A DNA stretch of 64,000 nucleotides from Candidatus Latescibacterota bacterium (lineage in GTDB: Bacteria; Latescibacterota; UBA2968; UBA8231): contig OZ252098.1 of the NCBI GenBank assembly GCA_965248355.1, positions 2,560,001 to 2,624,000 of the forward strand, given 5' to 3'. Shown one piece after another: positions 39,653-48,641 of this stretch; position 1 is the stretch's first letter, and every line of letters starts with the position of its first letter. The notes under the pieces are model-generated. The model did no database searches. It was given only the letters and a program-made list of their open reading frames with translations, and was not told the origin of the DNA. A program made the position numbers and the translations under genes.

Positions 39653-40860
39653 CGGCGGGCGAGTTCGTGGCTGCTGCCGCCCTCGCGGCTGTCGCCGTGG
39701 TCGGGCAGGTCGAGGACGCGCCGGAAGCGGGCCCGGGCGGCTTCCGGATCGCCCAGCTCTTGCAAGGCGATGCCCAGATAGAGGTTGGCCAGCGGCACGT
39801 ACCCTCGGACCGCCTGGGCCTCCCCCTTTTCTCCGAGCCTGTAGGAGAGGCTGTCGGCGGCGGCCAGGGCGCGCACCGCCGCCTGGCGCCGGTGCTGGCG
39901 CTGGGCGTTGCGGCCGATGTAGTAGAGGGCCTCGACGTGGCCTCGCGTGTGGTATCCCGGATCGCCGGCCCGGCTGCGGGCCTCGACCTCCTCGTAGGTC
40001 GCCGTGCCCTCGCGCCAGCGGTCGACGCCGACGAGGGCCCGCCCCACATAGCGGTGGAACAGGGCGTTGGCCGGGTAGCGCCGGTGGAGCTGCTCGAGAT
40101 AGGGGAGGGCGGCGGCGTCGTCCTCCTCGAAGACGCGGTGGATCTGGGCCAGGAAGTAGAGGGCCTCGGCGCGGGCGTAGCGGCCCTCGCGGCCCACCTG
40201 CCGCAGCTGCTCCAGGCCGAGGTCGCGGTCGCCGTCGGGGAGGAACCACATGACCGGCCGCACCACCGGGTGGCGCTTCGGGATCACCTCGGCGAAGTAG
40301 TTGTAGATCCCCTGGCCGAAGAGGATGTCCTTGTTCTCCGGCTCCAGGCGGCGGCTCTTCTCCAGCAGCGGCAGGGAGAGGAGCCCGTCGTGGGCGGCCT
40401 TCAGGAACTGGCGCCGGTCGCCGCGCAGCCGTCCCCGGAAGCCGATGGCGCCGCCCTTGAAGAGGATGGCGTCGAAGTCGTCGGGGTCGGCCTCCAGGCG
40501 CCGGTCGCAGACGTCGATGCAGCGCTGCAGCAGGGCGTAGAACGCCTCGTCGTGGGAGCGGTCCTCCAGGTCGACGAGGACCCGCCACCACGTGACCGAG
40601 GCCAGGAAGAAGTGGCCGAGGGGATGGTCGGGGTCGGCGGCGATGATGCCCTCGAAGTAGCGGTCGGCCTCGTCGAAGCGCAGGCTGTAGATGAGGTCGA
40701 TGCCGGCCTGGATGCGCGGATCTGCGGGACCGCGCAGGGTGAAGGGCGCGTCCGGGGCCGGCTGGGCCTCGGCCACGGTCCGGGGCGCCGGCAGGAAGAG
40801 GACCGCCCCCAGGGCCAGGGCCACGACGGTCCGGGCGCGGCGGATTGCGGCCCTCCGCAT
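39601..40860 (-). CDS. Secreted TPR-repeat protein
   Basis: Signal peptide and helical TPR-like repeats; convergent overlap with the methyltransferase gene. Confidence 0.8.
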   Translation of the reverse strand: MRRAAIRRARTVVALALGAVLFLPAPRTVAEAQPAPDAPFTLRGPADPRIQAGIDLIYSLRFDEADRYFEGIIAADPDHPLGHFFLASVTWWRVLVDLEDRSHDEAFYALLQRCIDVCDRRLEADPDDFDAILFKGGAIGFRGRLRGDRRQFLKAAHDGLLSLPLLEKSRRLEPENKDILFGQGIYNYFAEVIPKRHPVVRPVMWFLPDGDRDLGLEQLRQVGREGRYARAEALYFLAQIHRVFEEDDAAALPYLEQLHRRYPANALFHRYVGRALVGVDRWREGTATYEEVEARSRAGDPGYHTRGHVEALYYIGRNAQRQHRRQAAVRALAAADSLSYRLGEKGEAQAVRGYVPLANLYLGIALQELGDPEAARARFRRVLDLPDHGDSREGGSSHELARRYLDLLRRRAAAPAPGS

Positions 40861-40959
40861 CAGTCCGCTTGTTATGCCGGTTCGGCTCACGGGCGGCGGA
40901 ACGCCCGGGGCCGGCGGGAGTCCATGGAGGCGGGAAACATCATGGAGAAAGAGTAAGAC

Positions 40960-42351
40960 ATGGCTCCGATGAGCATCGACCACGACGTCATCGTCATCGG
41001 CGGCGGCTCGGCCGGGTACGCGGCGGCGCGCACGGCCCGCGACGAGGGCGCCGACGTGGCCATCGTCGACCCCGGACCGCTGGGGGGCCTGTGCATCCTG
41101 CGCGGCTGCATGCCGAGCAAGACCGTGCTGCGCTCCTCGGACGTGATGTCCCTCATCCGCCGGGCCCCGGAGTTCGGCCTGTCGGCGCCGGAGCCGGAAG
41201 CCGACCTGGAAGCGATCATCGACCGCAAGGACCGCCTGATCCGGGAGTTCGCCGGGTACCGCGTCGAGCAGTTGCGCGGCTTCAGCCTCTACGAGGCGCC
41301 GGCGCGCTTCACCGGCCCCGGCGAGATCGAGGTCGCCGGCCGCCGCCTGCGGGCCCGCAGCTTCGTGATCGCCACCGGGTCCGCCATCAGCGGCCCCCCG
41401 ATCCCCGGCCTGGAGGAGGCGGGCTTCATCACCTCCGACGACGCTCTCGACCTGCGCGACCTGCCCGCGTCGATGGTCGTCCTCGGCGGCGGCCCCATCG
41501 CCTGCGAGCTGGCCCAGTTCTACTGCCGCCTCGGCGTGGCCACGGTGATGATCCAGCGCAGCGGGCACATCCTCTCCCAGACCGACGAGGACCTGGCCCG
41601 CCCCGTGGAGGCCCGCTTCCGCGAGGAGGGGATGGAGCTCTACACCGGCACGAAGCTGCACCGCCTCGAGCGCGCCAACGGCGTCGCCACGGCCCACTTC
41701 AGCCACGGGGGGGAGGAACGGACCGCTTCGGGCGAGGTCGTCTTCCAGGCCCTGGGCCGGCGGCCGAACACCGATGGGCTCGGGCTGGACGCCGCCGGCG
41801 TGCAGGTGGACCGCCGCGTCCTGGTCGACGACGCCATGCGCACGAGCCAGCCCCACATCTTCGCCGCCGGCGACGTCAACGGCCTCCACGAGATCGTCCA
41901 CATCGCCGTGCTCCAGGGCGAGGCGGCGGGCTACAACGCCGTCCACCTGCAGGCCGAGCCGCGGCGCGTCGACTCCCGCCTCGACATGGCCGTCACCTTC
42001 ACCGACCCCCCGGTGGCCACCCTCGGCCGACTGGAGAGGCAGTGCCGGGCCGAGGGCGTCCCCCATCTCGCGGCCAGCTACCCCTTCGACGACCACGGCA
42101 AGTCCATGACCCTGGGCGAGCTGCACGGCCACGCCAAGATCCTGTGCGATCCCGCCACCGGCGAGATCCTCGGCGCCGGCATCGTCGGACCGGAGGCCGG
42201 CGAGCTGATCCACGAGCTGGCCGCGGTCATGTACTTCCGCGGCACCGTGCGCCAACTGATGGAGATCCCCCACTACCACCCGACCCTGGCCGAGATCCTC
42301 ACGTACCCCGCCGAGGAGCTGTCCGGACAACTCCAGGGAGCCCAAGGATGA
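40960..42351 (+). CDS. Class I pyridine nucleotide-disulfide oxidoreductase (dihydrolipoamide dehydrogenase-like)
   Basis: GGGSAG, GGLCILRGCMPSK redox disulfide, HPTLAE. Confidence 0.9.
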   Translation: MAPMSIDHDVIVIGGGSAGYAAARTARDEGADVAIVDPGPLGGLCILRGCMPSKTVLRSSDVMSLIRRAPEFGLSAPEPEADLEAIIDRKDRLIREFAGYRVEQLRGFSLYEAPARFTGPGEIEVAGRRLRARSFVIATGSAISGPPIPGLEEAGFITSDDALDLRDLPASMVVLGGGPIACELAQFYCRLGVATVMIQRSGHILSQTDEDLARPVEARFREEGMELYTGTKLHRLERANGVATAHFSHGGEERTASGEVVFQALGRRPNTDGLGLDAAGVQVDRRVLVDDAMRTSQPHIFAAGDVNGLHEIVHIAVLQGEAAGYNAVHLQAEPRRVDSRLDMAVTFTDPPVATLGRLERQCRAEGVPHLAASYPFDDHGKSMTLGELHGHAKILCDPATGEILGAGIVGPEAGELIHELAAVMYFRGTVRQLMEIPHYHPTLAEILTYPAEELSGQLQGAQG

Positions 42352-42564
42352 AGATCCGCGGAGGACATGGACCGGGCCATCGCCTTCTACCGGGACAGGA
42401 GATGCGGTGGGCGGAGTTCGCCGCCGGCAACACGACCCTGGTCGTCAACGATCCGGGGGGCCTCGGTGTGGGCATCGAGCCCCATCTGCCATCTCGCCTG
42501 CATCGAGGACCCGGACGGCAACCACGTCTGGCTCCACCAGCGCAAGGACGGCACCTTCGGCTGA
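42348..42564 (+). pseudogene. VOC/glyoxalase remnant
   Basis: DMDRAIAFYRD…WAEF…(frame change) IEDPDGNHVWLHQ. Confidence 0.65.
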
Positions 42565-42616
42565 TCCATTGAAGGCACGCCCTTGGCCCTATTTCGTATA
42601 TTAGGCGAGGATTCAA

Positions 42617-43039
42617 ATGGCGAAAACCCGACCACGTCATCAACTCACCCACAACGAGCTTAGAGCATTGGCTTCCAAAGTCCGCTATGAGGGAAGCGGC
42701 GAGCACAAGGTAGAGCGTTGGTGGGGAGGCCTGCCTGAAGGGAGGCAGATGCCTGGAGGGGGAGTAGGAAGGCCTTGGAAGGAGAGCACTTCGATCTGTC
42801 CTCTCGTTGACCTATCTGGAAAAAAGCGAGCTACGAAGATGCTCCGGAAGGCGATCATCAATCGTCAATTCGAGTTCCTGGAGAGAGATAGGGACTTCCC
42901 TTCAAAGGTCTGGTACGAGGATGGGGAAGGCACACTTTGGAGTGGAAGTTGCTTCAACGGAGAAAGAGGAGAGTATAAGGGATGGCCCCTGACGCCTTCG
43001 GAGAAGCAGGCGTTCAAGAGGAAGATGAGAATCCCTTGA
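42617..43039 (+). CDS. Small basic toxin-like hypothetical protein
   Basis: YEGSGEHK…CP…FPSKVW…YKGWP; similar pattern to the 17308-17664 remnant. Confidence 0.75.
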   Translation: MAKTRPRHQLTHNELRALASKVRYEGSGEHKVERWWGGLPEGRQMPGGGVGRPWKESTSICPLVDLSGKKRATKMLRKAIINRQFEFLERDRDFPSKVWYEDGEGTLWSGSCFNGERGEYKGWPLTPSEKQAFKRKMRIP

Positions 43040-44304
43040 GGTTCGAGAAGGAGTGGGTTGATTGCGGCCCCAATAAGTCCAAAGAGGAATTAGCCACTCT
43101 CTGCTATCTCCAGATTTGGCTTGGGAGCAACAACACATGCAGGTTCCTTGATGCAGAGGGAAGATATGAGTGGCTGCTTATGCCAGCTGTCAACCTTGCT
43201 GAAGGCCTCGCATTGGATTGGTGGAGCATCTTCGGGAAAAGGGACTACGAGCACAGCCTACTACTACTTCACAGACGTGGCTACCTAGTCCCGGATCTTG
43301 TTCTTGATTTTGATGGATCCCGATTCAGGATCTCCAACAGAGGAGGATCTTGGCCGGAGGAAGTGCATTTCTATCCATGTGATCCAGTGTACCTTTCTGA
43401 AGAAGAGTTCAGATCGACCCTTTCTGGTTTCATTGAAGACGTCGCGTCTCGTCTTCGGAGCAAAGGAATAGAGGACTCCACAACAGCTTCCAGGTGGAGC
43501 AAGATAGAGGAGTCTCTAGGAGACCTGACACAAACCCTCTTCTGCGAAGCAGCGGGAGCTCTTGAGCTTGATCCCTATTTCATCTCCGAGGCTGATGAGC
43601 GATTCATCGAAGGCATGGTCGAGCTGTTCCGCGAGAGGGAACCGTTGATCGAGTTCCTTTCGGGCCTCTCGGATCATTCTTCGAATCGAAGGCGGATCAA
43701 GGACTGGATTGGCCAGATGGATGCCCGATCCAGGGAAGAGTCAGAGCTACCCGGTCTTCGAGAGATTGCTGAACAAGTGGGAGCCTATTTGGGTGGTTGT
43801 GCTCCAGATCGACCTTGGGCAATCGGGTATCGTGCGGCCAAAGAGTTCCGAAGCCTTTTCAGGGGATCTACGGCTTTCTATAAGGAAAAATCGGGTTTCT
43901 CTTTCCAAGATTTGTCCAGCCGCCTGGGTTCTCCTGAGTTTACGGCTGTGGATTCAGACCCTCTTCCCGGCATTTTCGCTATGGGCTCTTCCGGAGAGGG
44001 AACCCCCCGGGTCCATTTGCGCAAACGGGCCTCTCAGGAGGACCAGAATTTCGACTTTGCCAGAGCTGTGGGTTACGTGGCCTGCTTTCCTGACTCTTCA
44101 AGATTCGTGATCAATAACCTGCATCGTTCAAACCGGCAGGCAGTTACTCGAGCCTTTGCCGCGGAGTTGCTGGCTCCGGGAGAGATCGTCTCGGGCATGC
44201 ATGAGGAAGGCCATGATCCCTATCTCATTGCCGATCGTCTCGGCGTGCCAACCCAGGTCGTACAGCACCAGTTGGAGAACAGCCGCCGGATAGCTGCGGT
44301 TTAG
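43036..44304 (+). CDS. ImmA/IrrE-like protein lacking HExxH
   Basis: RAFAAELLAP and LGVPTQVVQHQLEN tail; FDFARAVG in place of the HExxH; TTG start overlapping upstream TGA. Confidence 0.8.
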   Translation: MRFEKEWVDCGPNKSKEELATLCYLQIWLGSNNTCRFLDAEGRYEWLLMPAVNLAEGLALDWWSIFGKRDYEHSLLLLHRRGYLVPDLVLDFDGSRFRISNRGGSWPEEVHFYPCDPVYLSEEEFRSTLSGFIEDVASRLRSKGIEDSTTASRWSKIEESLGDLTQTLFCEAAGALELDPYFISEADERFIEGMVELFREREPLIEFLSGLSDHSSNRRRIKDWIGQMDARSREESELPGLREIAEQVGAYLGGCAPDRPWAIGYRAAKEFRSLFRGSTAFYKEKSGFSFQDLSSRLGSPEFTAVDSDPLPGIFAMGSSGEGTPRVHLRKRASQEDQNFDFARAVGYVACFPDSSRFVINNLHRSNRQAVTRAFAAELLAPGEIVSGMHEEGHDPYLIADRLGVPTQVVQHQLENSRRIAAV

Positions 44305-44962
44305 ATCGAGAACCGCTCCGTGTACAGAGTACAGAGGCGTTCGATGAACGCGTCGTAGTGGAGTGGATCCCCGACCTGGGGAGCGGGAAGCGAAGTCAGA
44401 AGGCCAGCACGTTCCAAGTTCACGTTGTCGAGGTCGACGGCGACAACCGCCTTCGCCTCCAGACCGTATCCCGTGTCCGGTCTCTGCGAGACCGCCCTCA
44501 TCTGATCGATGCAGTGCTCGACGAGTGCCTTGGGATCCCGATGCTTGGTAGTTCCTTCGCGGAGAGGGGATTTGAACGTGGAGGATCCATTCACAATCAG
44601 GATTCCACCTGCGATCGCAGATGAGCTGTACCGATGCACGTGCTCGTGGTGGGCTTCGAAGTCCCGCTTCCGGTTCTTCACGGCCTTGCGATGTTCCGTC
44701 ATCACGGCTTTGTGCTCGATGGCGATCCGAACGGTGGACGTGGGCGCTTGCCGCATCTCTCCATCGGACACGGCCTGCCTGTCGACGTTCCAGGCCGAAG
44801 TGCCCTGAAGCAGGTTGAAATTGAAGCTGAAGACCAGGTCCCCCGCTGCTGCCTGCGAGCGAATCACCGGACACCGAGACAGCAGGTCTCCCACGACGCT
44901 GCAACTCAGGGATACCCCTCGGACCGGAGATGGCGCACGAAATTGTCGATACCGGCAAGCAT
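44301..44962 (-). pseudogene. Putative type II restriction endonuclease, frameshifted near the 5' end
   Basis: ATG 44962 gives MLAGIDNFVRHLRSEGYP*; main frame has IAIEHK (ExK); directly follows the methyltransferase. Confidence 0.6.
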
Positions 44963-44966
44963 GCGC

Positions 44967-45932
44967 CTATTCGATCGGGCCCAGCCTCAGCTGCTGGGAC
45001 TGCAGCCGCGTCCTGGCGATCTCGAAGTAGTTCTCGCACACCTCGACGCCGACACTGTTTCGCCCCCAGGCTCTGGCCGCCAGGTTCGTGGTCCCCGTGC
45101 CGGTGAAGGGATCCAGCACCGTGTCACCGACGAAGGAGAACATCCGGACGAGACGTTCGGCCAGGTCCGATGGAAATGGCGCCGGGTGGTTCCGCGTGGA
45201 GGCGCCGGGCATGGTCCATATCTGCTGGTACCACTTCTTGTGACGATCCTGCGGAATCACTGAGAGCAGGCGAGCCGCCGCCCCGGGTTGTCGATAGCCT
45301 CCCGGCTTGCGCTGGAAGAGGATGAACTCCATGTCGTTTTTCACGACGGCGTTGGGTTCGTACGGCTTCCCGAGGAAGCCGCTTCCATTCTCCACCTCCA
45401 GGCGGGCGTTGGCGATCTTGTGCCAGATGATCGGAGTGAGGTTGTCGAAGCCCAGGGCCCTGCAACGTTCCTGTATGCTCGAGTGCAGAGGATAGACCAC
45501 ATGGCGCCCGTGCTTCTTTCGCGATAGACAGACATCGCCCACCACGACCACGAGACGCCCGCCGGGGACCAGCACTCTGAGAGCCTCGGACCAGACTTTG
45601 TCCAGCTCATCCAGGAACGAGTCGTAGTTCGAGACGCTGCCGAGCTGGCCGTCCGCCTCGTCGTACTCCTTCAGGGTCCAGTACGGCGGTGAGGTGACCA
45701 AGAGGTGGATGCTGTCGTCGGCGAGGAACCCCAGACTCCTCGCGTCGGCGTTGTGAAGCTCGTGGAAGGTCTCCACCGATTGGCTCGCGGACTCCGCCAA
45801 CCGGCCAAGGGAGGGTTCTCTGGCGATCAGAGGGATCGCCTTCTGGCCGTGTTCGTCCAGTAATTGCCGGATGACGTCCGGCACCAGGTCGCCAAGGCTC
45901 TTCTCATCGGTCAGAGAGCCCATGGCGGCCAC
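44967..45932 (-). CDS. Beta-class amino DNA methyltransferase (probably m4C)
   Basis: TSPPY motif IV precedes HPAPFP and VLDPFTGTGTT motif I. Confidence 0.93.
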   Translation of the reverse strand: MAAMGSLTDEKSLGDLVPDVIRQLLDEHGQKAIPLIAREPSLGRLAESASQSVETFHELHNADARSLGFLADDSIHLLVTSPPYWTLKEYDEADGQLGSVSNYDSFLDELDKVWSEALRVLVPGGRLVVVVGDVCLSRKKHGRHVVYPLHSSIQERCRALGFDNLTPIIWHKIANARLEVENGSGFLGKPYEPNAVVKNDMEFILFQRKPGGYRQPGAAARLLSVIPQDRHKKWYQQIWTMPGASTRNHPAPFPSDLAERLVRMFSFVGDTVLDPFTGTGTTNLAARAWGRNSVGVEVCENYFEIARTRLQSQQLRLGPIE

Positions 45933-46123
45933 GGGCCGCCGTGCTTCGGTCGCGCGATGTGCCGTGGTCAGTCCCTCCGGGGGGGTTGGCGGGAAGGTGG
46001 CGCGAACCTAGGGAGCGGGGACATCCCGGGCAACCCTGCAGTCGACCGCTTGTGAGCTAACGGTGAGGGATCCCGCGGACGGGTCTTGGGGAGCCGATCT
46101 CAGGCCCCGGCCGGAGCCGCCCC

Positions 46124-47437
46124 TCAGTCGTAGTACTCCTGCCCGAGGTGGGTGATCAGCTCCTCGCCCTGCAGGAAGCGGAGCGTGTTCTTCAGCTTCA
46201 TCAGCTGGATGAAGATGTCGTGCTCCGGGTACAGCTCGGGCGCCGTCTGGGGGCTCTTGAAGTAGAAGCTGAGCCACTCCTGCACACCCTTCCACCCGGC
46301 CCGCTGGGCCAGGTCGGTGAGCAGCACCAGGTCGAGCACCAGGGGCGCGGCGAGGATCGAGTCGCGGCACAGGAAGTCGACCTTGATCTGCATGGGGTAC
46401 CCCAGCCACCCGAAGATGTCGATGTTGTCCCAGCCCTCCTTCTCGTCGCCCCGCGGAGGGTAGTAGTTGATCCTCACCTTGTGGTAGATGTCGCCGTAGA
46501 GCCGCTCGTTGAGGTGGGGCTGGAGGATGTGCTCCAGCACGCCGAGCTTGCTCTCCTCCTTGGTGCGGAAGGAGTAGGGGTCGTCCAGGATCTCGCCGTC
46601 CCGGTTGCCGAGGATGTTGGTGGAGAACCAGCCGCGCAGACCGAGGCTGCGCGCCTTCAGGCCCGGCGCCAGGATCGTCTTCATCAGGGTCTGGCCGGTC
46701 TTGAAGTCCTTGCCCATGATCGGCAGCCCGCGGTCCTCGGCCAGCGCCACCAGGGCCGGCGTGTCCACGGTCAGGTTCGGGGCGCCGTTGAGGTAGGGGA
46801 CGCCCTCCAGCAGGGCCGCGTACGCGTAGATCATGCTCGGGGCGATGCCGGGGTCGTCGTTCTTGAGCCCGGCCTCGAAGGCCACGAGGCTGTCGTGCAC
46901 GGGTCCGGCCTCCAGGAAGATCTCCGTGCTCCCGCACCAGATCATCACCAGCCGGTCGCAGCCGTTGTCGGAGCGGAAGCGCTGGATGTCCTCGCGCGCC
47001 TGCTGCGCCAGGTCCCACTTGCCGCCGGACTGCTTCACGTGGGAGCCATCGAGGCGGCGCACGTAGCTCCGGTCGAAGACCGCCTTCATGGGCTTGATCT
47101 CCGACAGCGGCCCCCGCAGCTGCTCCAGCATGCGGTCGTCGAGCACGCCGGCGGCGGCGGCGGCCGTGTAGGCGTCGTCGGGGAAGACGTCCCAGCCGCC
47201 GAAGCACAGCTGGTCCAGCCCGGCCAGGGGGACGAAGTCCTTGACCAGGGGCGAGCGGTTGTCGGTGCGCTTGCCGAGCCGGATCGTGCCCATCTGGGTC
47301 AGGGAGCCCACCGGCTCGCCCAGGCCGGCCTTGATCGCCTCCACGCCGGCGACGAAGGTGGTGGCCACGGCCCCCATGCCCGGCATGAGCACGCCGAGCC
47401 GGCCGGCGGGGTCCTGGATCGACTCGGGTCGTTTCAT
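46124..47437 (-). CDS. ino1: myo-Inositol-1-phosphate synthase
   Basis: GMGAVAT, WCGSTE, NGAP, GKDFKTGQT, NILGNRDG, DSILAAP. Confidence 0.95.
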   Translation of the reverse strand: MKRPESIQDPAGRLGVLMPGMGAVATTFVAGVEAIKAGLGEPVGSLTQMGTIRLGKRTDNRSPLVKDFVPLAGLDQLCFGGWDVFPDDAYTAAAAAGVLDDRMLEQLRGPLSEIKPMKAVFDRSYVRRLDGSHVKQSGGKWDLAQQAREDIQRFRSDNGCDRLVMIWCGSTEIFLEAGPVHDSLVAFEAGLKNDDPGIAPSMIYAYAALLEGVPYLNGAPNLTVDTPALVALAEDRGLPIMGKDFKTGQTLMKTILAPGLKARSLGLRGWFSTNILGNRDGEILDDPYSFRTKEESKLGVLEHILQPHLNERLYGDIYHKVRINYYPPRGDEKEGWDNIDIFGWLGYPMQIKVDFLCRDSILAAPLVLDLVLLTDLAQRAGWKGVQEWLSFYFKSPQTAPELYPEHDIFIQLMKLKNTLRFLQGEELITHLGQEYYD

Positions 47438-47526
47438 GTTGCAGCTCCTGTTCGTCCAAGGGGAGATTCGGCGATGCGGGCCGCACTCGCCGCCACCCAA
47501 CCTAGGCCTTTCGTTCCATTACACAA

Positions 47527-47563
47527 ATCGATACTTTCTATGGAAATCATAGATCAAATCTAT
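47527..47563. promoter_or_regulatory. Two LysR-type T-N11-A boxes in the ino1/LysR divergent region
   Basis: ATCGATACTTTCTAT (47527-47541) and dyad ATAGATCAAATCTAT (47549-47563) in an AT-rich spacer. Confidence 0.7.
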
Positions 47564-47571
47564 CGTCTCCC

Positions 47572-48492
47572 ATGAACCTCCAGCATCTCCGCTACTTCCT
47601 CGCGGCGGTCCGCGGCAGCGGCTTCACCCAGGCCGCCCGCGACCTGCACGTGACCCAGCCCACCGTGTCCAGCGCCATCGCCGAGCTCGAGCAGAGCCTG
47701 GGCGTGCGTCTCTTCCACCGGGGGCGCCAGGTGGAGCTGACCGCCGAGGGCCGCCGGCTCGTCGACTTCGCCGTGCGCATCGACGACCTCGTCGACGAGG
47801 CCCGGGAGAGCGTCGGCGCCGGCGAGCCGGGACCGGGAGACGGATTCCGCTTCGGGGCCATCGACGCCGCCGTCATCTACCTGCTGCCCGAGGTGCTGCG
47901 CGGCTACGTGGCCGCCCACCCGCGGGTGGAGCTGGCCATCGAGGTGGGGCCCTCGTCCCGCCATCTGGTGGAGGAGGTGCTGGCCAACCGCTCGGAGTTC
48001 GCCGTCATCTCCCTGCCCTTCGAGGACCCGCGGCTGCGCACGCTGCCCGTGCTGCGCGACGAGATGCCCCTCGTCGTCGGCGCCGGCCATCCCTTCGCCC
48101 GGCGCGGGCGGGTCCCCCTCGACGAGGTCGGGCGCGAGCCCCTCATCCTGTTCCAGCCCGACTCGGTGTCGCGCCGCATCGTCGACGAGGGTCTCGCCGA
48201 GGCCGGGGTGACTCCCCGGGCGGCCATGGAGATGGGCAGCCCCGAGGCCATGCGCAAGCTCGTCGAGGCCGGCATCGGCATCTCCTTCCTGCCGCGCATG
48301 GCCGTGGCCGAGTCCCTGGGCAGCGGCGCCCTGTGCGAGGTCAAGGTCCCGGGGCTGGTCCTGTCGCGCCAGATCGGCCTCGCCTGGCGGCGGGGCCGCT
48401 GGTTCGGACCCGCGGTGCGCGCCTTGGTGGAGGGCTTCCTCGAGACCTACGGGATGGTCGACGAGTGGAGGTCCGCCGCGGCCTCGGCCTGA
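47572..48492 (+). CDS. LysR-family transcriptional regulator
   Basis: FTQAARDLHVTQPTVS..I..LE HTH plus substrate-binding domain. Confidence 0.95.
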   Translation: MNLQHLRYFLAAVRGSGFTQAARDLHVTQPTVSSAIAELEQSLGVRLFHRGRQVELTAEGRRLVDFAVRIDDLVDEARESVGAGEPGPGDGFRFGAIDAAVIYLLPEVLRGYVAAHPRVELAIEVGPSSRHLVEEVLANRSEFAVISLPFEDPRLRTLPVLRDEMPLVVGAGHPFARRGRVPLDEVGREPLILFQPDSVSRRIVDEGLAEAGVTPRAAMEMGSPEAMRKLVEAGIGISFLPRMAVAESLGSGALCEVKVPGLVLSRQIGLAWRRGRWFGPAVRALVEGFLETYGMVDEWRSAAASA

Positions 48493-48540
48493 GCGGAAGC
48501 GGCCGCGGTCTCGGCGGCGGCGGGAGGGTCCGTCCGCCGT

Positions 48541-48641
48541 CGCCTGACGGAGGCGCGTCCGCCCTCAGGTGGAGGAGGCGGGACCGGCAGCCCCCGCCGC
48601 CTGACGGAGGAGCGTCTCCGCCCTCAGGAAGAGGCGGGACC
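48541..48641. repeat. Two imperfect ~45-bp direct repeats with internal dyad
   Basis: CGCCTGACGGAGG…TCCGCCCTCAGG…GAGGCGGGACC at 48541-48585 and 48598-48641. Confidence 0.75.

Noticed and set aside
40960..42351. Mercuric reductase merA
   Set aside because: No C-terminal Cys-Cys pair, no HMA domain and no mer genes
48541..48641. CRISPR mini-array
   Set aside because: Only two imperfect units with a ~12-bp spacer and no cas genes
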